Origin: Octopus vulgaris
Lineage: Eukaryota
Assembly: GCA_951406725.2 (NCBI GenBank)
Contig: OX597829.1
Span: forward strand, 3,224,001-3,288,000
Length of the DNA stretch: 64,000 nt
Direction: 5' to 3'
Shown here piece after piece: positions 42,087-54,000 of this stretch (within the stretch, counting starts at the first letter, position 1; every line of letters begins with the position of its first letter). Position numbers and translations under genes: made by a program. The notes below the pieces were generated by a model. The model searched no databases. It had not been told where the DNA came from and saw nothing but the letters and a program-made list of their open reading frames with translations.

Positions 42087-45000
42087 ATGAAAGAATGAAT
42101 GAATGAATGAATGAAAGAATGAGTGAATGAATGAATGAATGAATGAATGAATGAATGAATGAATGAATGAATGAATGAAAGAAAGAAAGAAAGAAAGAAT
42201 GAACGAACGAACGAACGAACAAAAGAATGAATGGATGAATGAATGAATGAATGAATGAATGAATGAATGAATGAATGAATGAATGAAAGAAAGAAAGAAG
42301 GTTTGAATGAATGAATGAATGAATGAATGAATGAATGAATGAATGAATGAAAGAATGAATGAATGAAAGAATGAATGAATGAATGAATGAATGAATGAAT
42401 GAATGAATGAATGAAAGAATGAATGAATGAAAGAAAGAAAGAATGAAAGAAAGAAAGAATGAAAGAATGAATGAATGAATGAATGAAAGAATGAGTGAAT
42501 GAATGAGTGAATGAATGAATGAATGAATGAGTGAATGAATGAAAGAAAGAATGAATGAAAGAATGAATGAATGAGCACTCACCTGTTTGTCCTTCAGTTC
42601 TGTTGATCAAAACTTTACAAGCATTTTGTCTGTTAATAAGATTGTAAATAGTTGGTATTGTGGGGACGAGCGCATGTGTTGGGGCATATAAAGATATTCG
42701 GGCAAGTCTTTTTATAAAAGCTGCCAACATATATGCAGGTAAATATCTGAAATACAACAGAAAACAATTACCAAATGTGTCATAACAATCAATAATACAT
42801 ACAATAATTATTTATTGAAAATTGGATCTTTTCGGTTTGAACGGCAGTTTTTAAAAATAATTTCCACGTAACTAAAGAATTTTAAACTTCGTATACTGGT
42901 AGAATGTGTTTATAAAACATCTTTTTCTCTTGACTGAGAAAATTCTATAGTTTGTAAGATATTTGTTGTTTTTTTCTTCAATTTCTGCAATTTCAACCAA
43001 TCAGTGACATCTATTGAGGTGAAAACATTCTGTGCCGTATGAATATGTCCCTCGTTTGAGAAACAGATCGGGTTTATTTACATTTCTGAGAAAAAAAAAG
43101 ATACCCTTCCCCCAACCCTTAACTCGAGACCTAACCCAAACCCTAACCCTAAAACAGATTGAAATGCAATAGATCGATACTAGGGTCATAATTATGGGTA
43201 ACAATTTCATATGACACCACCAGAAAAAACTGCCGTTCAAACTGAAAAGATCCTGAAAATTTTATAAAAATCATTGCATACAGTCTATTTAATTAAAAAT
43301 TTCAAATTATGTTATAAGTTATGGCCAGAATAAATATTTAGATATTTCATAATTCTCATAGACAGTTGAACTTCCATTTCTTAGTTTGGATAGAAGTGGC
43401 ATCCTGTTACCTATTTCTAGGGCACTGGTTAGTCTAACGCCACAATGAGTAACACCTGACCACATTGCCATATACTAAGAAGGAACCGAAATCCATGTGG
43501 TCATAACATCAACTTCATGAAATATATAATTTTATCAATATATACAGATGTTGGATAAAATAATGGAAACACCTCAAAATTTCAAACAAATATATTTTAA
43601 TATGGAGTAGGATCGCCTTTGGTTGTAATTACAGCTTGAATTCTACAAGGTATGGACTTGTACAAAGTTTGAATTGTTTCCAAAGGAATTTTTGGCCATT
43701 CTTCAGCTAAAACAGTCTCCAGTTCTTGTAGTGATGATGGCAGAGAATATTGACTCCTTATTTGTTTTTCTAAAATGCACCATAAATGTTCAATAATATT
43801 GAGATCTGGGGACTGTGGTGGCCAGATAACATGCTCAACTTCACTAGAATGTTCCTCGTGCCATTCAGTAACAATTTTAGCTGTGTGAATTGGTGCATTA
43901 TCATCCTGAAAGATTGTGTTTCCTTCCGGAAACAGTTCCGCAACCTTATGTTGCATTTGATCAGATAAAATGCTGATATAGTCTTGACTATTAATTCTGC
44001 CATTTCCAAGATATAGTGCCCCCCACCTCATCAAACAGACTCCATCACATACCAGTGGGAAAAACTAGAAGTAGTTGATAGTTTCTGCTACCTAAGCAAC
44101 CAAATTTGTAGTGGGGGCGGATGCTCAGAGAATGTTACCACTAGAATAAGAATAACCTAGGCAAAGTTTAGAAAGCTTCTACCCCTACTGGTGACAAAGG
44201 GCCTCTCGCTCAGAGTGAAAGGTAGATTGTAAGATGCATGTATGCGAACGGCCATGCTTCACGGCAGTGAAATATGGGCCATGACTGCCGAAGGTATGTG
44301 TAGGCTCGAAAGAAATGACGCTAGCATGATCTGCTGAATGTGTAATGTCAGTGTCCATGCACGACAGAGTGTAAGCACCCTGAGAGCAATGTTGGACATA
44401 AGAAACATCGGATGTGGAGTGCGAATGGACGAGGAGAGCTGTGTGAAGAACCACTCTCAAACAGTGGAAGGAATCCGGGGTAGATGGAGACCCAGGAAGA
44501 CATTGGATGAGGATATGCTGTGACTGTGAAGACCTAGCAAATAAAGTGAGTACACAGCTGTAACCTACACCAGTGTCGCAAAACCAGCCTACTCAAAAGT
44601 ACCTAGGATTGTAGGGTGACATGCAGGGGGGCTTTCCCTGTCCTCGCCCTTAATTGCTTTATCTACCAAGGTACTGTCAATTCGAATAGCTGGTCCCTCT
44701 GTTGGGTCGACATTCAGCAGACTCTCTTTCTCCCATTCATTCTCTTCATTTAGCAACTTTTCATACCTTTGCAGCAGTTGACTATGGTGCTGCTAACCAG
44801 TCATTGGGTATAACTACATCATGAACTTCCTGATTTACAATGTGGGTGACTAGGCCAAAGCCCACACCACCAGATGTTTTAAGCATCTCAGCAGTGATTG
44901 CTGATGGGCCAGGGGCTTTCCCTGTCTTCATACCCTTAATTGCTTTATCTACCAGGGTGCTGTCTATTGGGATAGCTGGTCCCTCTACTGGATCAACATT

Positions 45001-48000
45001 TGGCAGGCTTTCCTCCTCCCATTCATTCTCCACGTTCAGCAGTCTTTCATAATGGCTCTTCCAAGCCTCTTCCTTTTCTGAATCATTAAAAGCAAGTGCA
45101 CCATCATCCATGCAGACACATTTCTCTCTTGTGACATCATATATGTATATTATATACAGCAGTATATAATAAAATAAAGAACTAAATTTGAAAAGCATTA
45201 ACTTACTTAACTTGTGACATCCTCAAAGAGTAAAAAAGAGAAAAAAACGAAGGGGATAAACAACAGTGAATGCTTCTCTCAATCCAAGATGGACTTATTC
45301 AATTTTAAGACAATTATTAAGAAATTTTAATTAATATATATATATATATAAATAAAGCGCAAGGAAAATAATATTTCAACGTACTTTGAAGACAGAAAGA
45401 GGTTCAAGTTGCTGAAAAAGTTTGCTCTGTATTTGAAATGAAAGATTGCAGGATCCAATAAGGAGTAGAGTTTTTTATAAAAATCAGGATAATTTCTGGA
45501 AAAAAGTAAAAAAAAAAAGAATAAGAGAGAAAAAGAGATCATTGAATTTAACAATATAACAAATTAGAAATAAGATTATTGTGGACTTTGCCATCATAAC
45601 TATCTTATTGTCCACTTTCCCATGCCATGCTTGCATGGGTCAGAAGGAATTTATTTAGGCAGATTTTCTACAGCCAGAAGCAGATCCCATTACCAACCTT
45701 TGACTTGTTTCCAAAAACGGTATATGTCTTCCATGACCAGACATGCTTTCATGAAAGACTAGGAAATGAAGGACACTGCTTGCATGACAGAGATCATTGA
45801 ATTTACAATCAATAATGTTGAACAGAATTAGAAATAAGATTATTGTGGACTTTGCACATCATAACACTGCTGCTGTTGAGCGAACAGTCTTCGTCCCAGA
45901 GCTCGCAAGATGGGAGAAGTCTGAAACGTGGTCCTTTGCTATTCGTAAGACCCGCAGAAGAGAGAGCAGGTCAACCCCCGACACCGAGAGCATTGACGGA
46001 TGGATGGATGCGCATCCAGGCTCAGCGGTTGCGTAGGAAGTCGGGGACAAGAAACAGGAAGAAAGAGTGAGAAAGTTGGAGCGAAAGAGTACAACAGGGG
46101 TCGCCACCACCCCCTGCTGGAGCCTCGTGGAGCTTTAGGTGTTTTAGCTCAATAAACACACACATTGCCTGGACTGGGAATCGAAACCACGTTCTTACGA
46201 CCATAAGTCTGCTGCCCTAACCACTGGGCCATTGCACCTCCACTTGCTGCTGCCGCTGCCACCACCACCACCACCACCAATGCTTGTTTTTCTTTGCTAG
46301 CAGAGAGAGAAGGTGAGTTATTTCTGACAGCACTTTTATAGTTGAACAATCTATAAAAGTTTGAACACACCGGGGTCTAATGCATGGTGAAATAGCGTAT
46401 TGAAGAGGGGGGGGGGTTCAAGAGTAGACACCTATAATGGTGGTGGGAGAAGCGACATCCTGGGCCATTCCACCTCCACTTGCTGCTGCCGCTGCCACCA
46501 CCACCACCACCAATGCTTGTTTTTCTTTGCTAGCAGAGAGAAGGTGAGTTATTTCTGACAGCACTTTTATAGTTGAACAATCTATAAAAGTTTGAACACT
46601 TTACTTCTTGTTGCTCCGGTTCCCTCAGCTGTAGAAATGAGTAAGAGACTGTGACAGACTGGCATCCCATCCAGGGGCAAATGTTGTGATCTTGGTCACT
46701 GAGTAAGTGACCTGGAAACTGAGTAACTGACCCTGTGAATCTAGGACATGAGGCAGTAATGCCCAAGAAAAGACGATGATGATGATGGTGACAAGTGTTA
46801 GGTTTTACAGCTTGATCTCTCTCCCCTTGAGATGAAGTTAACAGTTCTATAGGAAGGGGAAAAAAATGCTTCCTATGTTTCAAGAGGGTCGTTAAAAATT
46901 CAGCAATTAGCCATTTGTGAAAAGAAATTATTAATCATGAAAACATTATAGTTTCTGCTGGTTTGGTCATGTGATGCGTACGATTGAGGAGAGCTGCATA
47001 AAGAAGTGCCGAGCTCTAATTGTGGAGGGAACCTGTGGAAGGGGTCAAGCCAGGAACACGTGGGATGAAATGATGAAAAAGGATCTTCAGACACTGGGCC
47101 TCACTGAGGAAATGACCAAGAACCCAGAGTTGTGGTGATCTGCTTTACTTGAGAGGACATGTCAAGCCAAGTTAAAATAAGGGTCATCCATACATACAGG
47201 CTTGTTGTCCTTTACAGGTGCTAGTACCACATAAAATGCAATCATACTGTTGCTGTGTAAATGCACCCGTGCTGGTGGCATGTGAAAAGCATCCAGAACA
47301 CTCTGTACAGTGGTTGGCATTAGGAAGGGCATCGAGCTGTAGAAACCATGCCACTACAGACAATTTCTAATCTCAGCACCGCCTGACTGGCGTCCATGTC
47401 GGTGACACGTAAAAGCACCAACCGATCGTGACCGTTTGCCAGCCTGCTCTGGCCCCTGTGCTGGTGACACGTAAAAAACACTCACCATACTCTCAGAGTG
47501 GTTGGCATTAGGAAGGGCATCCAGCTGTAGAAACACTGCCAGATCAGACCAGAGCCTGGTGCAGTCTCCATGGCTTACCAGACCCCGGTCGAACCGTCCA
47601 ACCCATGCTAGCATGGAGAACGGACGTTAAATGATGATGAAGATGACAGCTCCCTGGCTGGCCAGATACTGCCATACCGTTCAACCCATGACAGCATGGA
47701 AAACAGACGTTAAACAATGATGACTACAAAATTTGTGGAAAACAAAATCATTTCCTACTCACAAGTTGTGTTTATCCATCAATATGAAAATTCCATTTAA
47801 TGACAGCAAACTAACGGAACCTCCTGATTGAAATAAAACAAAAATTATTTGAAACTATGAAAATTACAAATAAAAGTTATCATTAATAACACAACTGACA
47901 ATGACATTGATACAGTGGAGGGGTGAATCATTGATTAAACTCATTCAAATATTTAACTGGCACCGACTCACCGCCATCACTGAAGTTGACATCAGAATAT

Positions 48001-51000
48001 AAAGGGACATAACTAATGTACAGCATAACATCTATCTGAAGCTTTCCAATTACACCATTAATAATACAGATCTTTTCGGTTTGAACGGCAGTTTTTTCTA
48101 GCGGTGTCATATGAAATTGTCACCCATAATTATGACCCTAGTATCGATCTGTTGCATTTCAATCTCTTTTAGGGTTAGGGTTAGGAGTGGGGGGAAGGGT
48201 GTCTTTTTTTCTTCACAAATGTAAATAAGCCCAATCTGTTTCTTAAACGAGGGACATATTCATAAGGCACAGAATGTTTTTTTTTAACTCAATAGACGTC
48301 ATTGATTGGTTGAAATTGCAGAAATTAAAGAAACAACCCAAATATCTTACAATCTATAGAATTTTCTCAATAAAGCCAAGAGAAAAAGATGTTTTATAAA
48401 CACATTCTACCAGTATACGAAGTTTTAAATTTTTTAGTTACCTAGAAATTATGTTAAAAACTGCCGGTCAAACCAAAAAGATCCAATAATACAGTAATAC
48501 CTCGCTTTACGAGGATCCGTTTTACGAGACCCTTGGTTTACAAGTTTTATTTTATAATAAATATAAAGATCCAAATTTTGAAAGGAGTGCAAAAGTTTCT
48601 AGTACCATAACAAATGCTTCTACATGTTACCGAGAAATTTATAGAGAACAAAAGAAAGCTTCTTTTAAGCAAACAACTTTAGACTTGTTTTTTAAAAAGA
48701 AATCTACAAGTCTGTCTACAAGTGCTTGTGAATCAGCGATCACATCTACAAGTGATGGTGTGCACAAGTCTAGTGAAAGTGATTCAGAAAGTTATTATAA
48801 TGATAATATTTTGTTTATTCTAAATGATCTTGACATTCTTTTTACTTTCTATAAAATATTCTTTACTTTCTACTGTTGTTTTAATGCCATTTTTTAATAA
48901 GTTTTATAAATTTTACAGCTAAAATTACAATTCGCTACTATGGGAAATTATTGCTCTGCTTTACAAGCAGTCCCTGGGGGAACAAATTAAACAGACATTA
49001 GACATTTAAATGGAGGTGGAGGGGAAGAAGGAAGATGAGGAGGAGGAGGAAGATGGGAGGAGGAGGAAGATGGGAGGAGGAGGAAGATGGGAGGAGGAGG
49101 AAGATGGGAGGAGGAGGAAGATGGGAGGAGGAGGGGGAGTGGAGGAAGATGAAAGGAGGAGGGGGTGGAGGAAGATGGGGGGATGATGATGATGATGAGG
49201 AGGAGGAGGAGGAGTTTATATGAAAAATAATTTGTAGAATACTCACCCATCTTAAACGAATTAAATAAAAAATCTGAAAGTTGCAAGGGTGCTTCAAGAC
49301 AGGAGATAACATCTGTGACAGATACCAAGACTCTTTTATACAACCCAAAGGTTAACTGTCAAAACAAAAAAGAAAATTAACAATTTAAGTTTCCAAATAA
49401 CAATTTATCTAGTTTTTATGAAATTTTATTTTTAAATATTATCAGTTTCTAAATTGGAAATTAGTTGATACTTTGTAACAGAATCTCCTCCACTATACCA
49501 TTTTATACTTGAATAAACAACAAATCATATTTCTTTCAACCCTTCTCCTCATGTGACAAGAGTTATAATCAGAAACAGAATTTAAACAACTGAAGAATAA
49601 TGAATTAGAATTAGTAACTACTGTTAAATCTTTTTATCTTTTAGCGTCATGCCAACCTCCGTTCATTGGACACTAAACTCTGCTTGCGAAGACCTGTTGG
49701 GACAAGTGAAATCGAAATTGAACTAAATTTGATGACTGGCACCATGACGGCTCCATCAGAGCGGGATCACTGCCAGAGCAGCTGTCTGGCTTCCGTGCTG
49801 GTGGGCACGTAAAAAGCACCATTTGAGCATGATCGTTACCAGTGTCGCCTTACTGGCACTTGTGCCGGTGGAACATGAACAAAACATTCGAGCGAGGTCG
49901 TTGCCAGTGCCGCTGGACTGACTCCTGTGCAGGTGGCAAGTAAAGAAACACCATTTCGAGCGTGGCCGTAGCCGGTACCGCCACACTGGCCCTCGTGCAG
50001 GTGGCACATACAAGCGCCCACTGCATTCTCAGAGTGGTTGGCATTGGGAGGGGCATCCGGCTGTAGAAGCTCTGCCAGATCAGATTGGAACCTGGCGCAG
50101 CCATCTGGTTCGCCAGTCCTCGGTTAAATCGTCCAGCCCATGGAAAGCGGGTGTTAAAGGATGATGATGATTATATATATATATACAAACACTGTGCTTG
50201 AGTAGACCTATTGAGTCAAGTACATCAACATCAAAAAATGAAAATTGTAGTTGTGATACCTGTGCCAGTGGCACATAAAAAGCACCATCTGAACGTGGCC
50301 GATGCCAGCACCGCCCTGACTGGCTTCCCTGCCAGTGGCACGTAAAAAGCACCAACCGATTGTGGCCGTTGCCAGCGCTGCCTGGCACCTGTGCTGGTGG
50401 CACGTAAAAAGCACCCACTACACTCACGGAGTGGTAGGCGTTAGGAAAAGCATCCAGCTGTAGAAACACTGCCAGATCAGACTGGAGCCTGGTGCAGCCT
50501 TCTGGCTTCCCAGACCCCGGTCGAACTGTCCAACCCATGCTAGCATGGAAAACGGACGTTAAACGATGATGATGATTACTCTGTCAAATATAATGCTTTT
50601 TCATTCATATTGTTTTGAATTAATCATGCATTATTGCATAAGTTCAAGATTCCAGTGACAATTATTTTTACAAAGACATTATAGAGTATACTTTGTCCCA
50701 TATTGAAACAGATGACCACCACTATACAACTCATAGTTTAGTCATGGAAACTGATAATTACACGAACATAAATCAAAGAGTGTAAGGAACAGAAAAGGTA
50801 AATCATGCTTACATATGTTTCAAACCTAAACATAACATCTTACATTGTACATAACACATAAAAATACCATTTAGCTTTTCTTCAGGTCTAATCACCAATG
50901 GTTGTTTGCATTATCAATAGGGGATGAATGAATGATTCACTAATTTGGCCACTATAGAATGGTAGGTGGAAGTAGCCAAGTCAAGTAATATTCTACCAAA

Positions 51001-54000
51001 TGACTTATGAATGGATTTGGTAGACAGAAACTTAAAGAAGACTGGTGTGTGTGTGTGTGTGTGGATGTTTGTATATACTAATTTGTGTGTGTGTGTCTTT
51101 GTATCTGTGTTCGTACCCCCATCACCACTTGGCAACTGGTTTTGGTATGTTTACATTTCCATAACTTAGCAGTTCAGTAAAAGAGACCACTAGTACTAGG
51201 CTTAACAAAAAAATAAGTCCTGAGGTCGATTTGTTTAACTAAAATACCTTCAAGGTGGTGCTCCACTATGGCCACAGTCAAATGACTGAAACATGTAAAA
51301 GATACAATTCATCATCATCATTATTGTTTAACATCCGCTTTCCATGCTAGCATGGGTTGGACGATTTTGACTGAGGGCTGGCGAACCAGATGGCTGCACC
51401 AGGCTCCAATCTTGATCTGGCAGAGTTTCTACAGCTGGATGCCCTTCCTAATACCAACCACTCAGACACTGTTGTCGGTGCTTTTTACGTGCTACTGGCA
51501 TGGGGGCCAGTCAAGCGGCACTGGCAATGGCTAATGATATTTAATTATAAAATAAATATAACAGGATTCTTTTTAAACACCGAATGACTATGAGAGTCCA
51601 TCCAAATAAAATAGGGATCAAAGGGATCCATAGGTAAGAAAAGGGGTTGAGAAGCGCTGTGCTAGAAAGACTTAGGACACCAATTAAACAACTAATTAAC
51701 CTCTTGACTTCACATAGTTATCTATCCCTATTATTGGGTATCTTAATCCTGGATGTGTAGAAAGTGAATAGTTCCTGCCGATCTCTGACTGTGGAAGGAA
51801 CCTGTGGAAGAAGTAGAACCCTGCAAGACATGGAGCAATTGGTGAAGCATGATCTTCGAATGTTGGGCCTCACACAGGCAATGACAAGTAACTGAGGCCT
51901 TTGGCAATATGCCGTGCGCTTGGGGAAACCTGTCAAGCCGAGTGAAATCGCAGCCAAGGCTGTTGTCAGTGTTGTGCTGGTGGCATGTAAAAACTACCCT
52001 TTAATTGTTGGGTGATATGCTCTGCTTCAGAAGGCCCATCAAGCCAAGTGAAATTGTAGTCACAACTAATACCAGTGTCACATAACTGGCACCCATGCTA
52101 GCGGCATATAAAAAGCACTCTTTGAACTTTGGGCCTCACAGAGGCAGTGACAAGTGACCAAGACCTTTGGTGATATACCAATGTTTGAGAAGATCTGTCA
52201 AGCCAAGTGAGACCATAGTGATGGCTGATGCCAGTGTTTCATAATTGGCACCAACACTGGTAGCACACAAGAAGCACCCACTATACTCATGGAGTGGTTG
52301 GTGTCAGGAAGGGCATCAAGCTGTAGAAACCATGTCAAATCAGACAATTGGGACATGGTGCAGCTCCTCAGCTTACCAGTTTTCAGTCAAACTGTCCAAC
52401 CCTTGCCAGCACAGAAAACAGATGTAAGATGATGATGAAGATGATGATGATGGCGGTGGCGGCAACGACGACGACACTTATTTCCAAGCTAAGGGTAATA
52501 TAGAACCCTGGTTGAAAACCATTTTTGATACCAAGTAAACACCAGGAATAGGACATCTGATGATAGCCAGATGTTAATCTTATGAAAGTCTGGTGGAGAC
52601 ACAGCACTGTAAAAATAACGGTTTTATATCAATAGTAGTTTTGTATAGACCACAATATTTTAACAACATTAATCTAAGAGAACCGTCCAAACGTGGCCAT
52701 TGCCAGCGCCGCCCCAACTGGCCTCCGTGCCGGTGGCACGAGAAAGCACCATCCGATTGTGGCCGTTGCCAGCCTTGTCTGGCCCCCGTGCCGGTGGCAC
52801 GTAAAAAGCACCATCCGATCAGAGTGGTTGGCGTTAGGAAGGGCATCCAGCTGTAGAAACACTGCCAGATCAGACTGGGCCTGGTGCAGCCTTCTGGCTT
52901 CCCAGACCCCAGTTGAACCGTCCAACCCATGCTAGCATGGAAAACGGACGATGATGATGATGATGATGATGATGATGATAACAAACCTTATGTTCATTTA
53001 ACATTTATCTCTTTTAAATCATTTTAAAGGAAAATAACTCTAGCAAAAACACAGCATCAATTATTATAAAGAATTATAAAGAATTTTTCTACAGGTGTCC
53101 CCCAAAACCACCTTGCTGGAATCCTGAATTTTACTCATGGTTAATAATTGCAAATATAAACATTGTAACATTAATATAAACATTTTAATTTAATTATAAA
53201 TATACTTACTTTCTTCTGTAAAAATGTTAACAGGGATTTATTTAGTAACCTTTTTTCTGCCTTATTTTCATTTGAATTTTCAGATTTTGAAGCTGAAAGA
53301 CAAATTTTTTTTTTAAATCATTAAATTTCTTGTACAAAATACCCTCAACAAAAACCTTAAAAACATACTTCTATTCATGCTTATTCACCGGTTTGGGGAA
53401 CAACTTGTCCATGGAAAGCTTTTAGTTCCTATAACACACACACACACACGCGCGCGAAATTTATAGAAAAACAAAAGACGAAGACATGTATAAACAACCA
53501 ACAGGTATATTAGTTTAATGCTCATGAAGGTGAGAAAGTCTTTTACGTTTCAAGCCTATGCTCTTCAACTGAAAGGAACATGAGAAAATAAACAGATCAT
53601 CACCATCGTTTAACGTCCGCTTTCCATGCTAGCATGGGTTGGATGATTTTGACTGAGGGCTAGCGAACCAGATGGCTGCACCAGGCTCCAATCTTGATCT
53701 GCCAGAGTTTTTACAGCTGGATGCCCTTCCTTAACGCCAACCACTCCGAGAGTGTAGTGGGTGCTTTTTACGTGCTACTGGCACGGGGACCAGTCAGGTG
53801 GTACTGGCAACAACCTCGCTCGAATCCTTTTACACATGCCACCAGCACAGGTGCCAGTAAGGCAACTTTGGTAATGATCACACTTGAATGGCGCCCTTTT
53901 ACGTGCAACTGGCATGGAAGCCAGTTGGCTGCCCTGTCAACGATCACGCTCGGATGGTGCTCTTAGCACCCTACAAGCACAGGCACAAGTGCCAGTAAGG

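Noticed and set aside
41795-42757. 320-aa ORF as a stand-alone gene
   Set aside because: Only 42583-42746 is a NOC4L exon; the rest is tetranucleotide repeat after a gtgagt donor.
46160-46242. tRNA genes at SINE heads (also 448, 21740, 23963)
   Set aside because: A/B boxes are present but there is no complete cloverleaf, and each continues into a SINE body.
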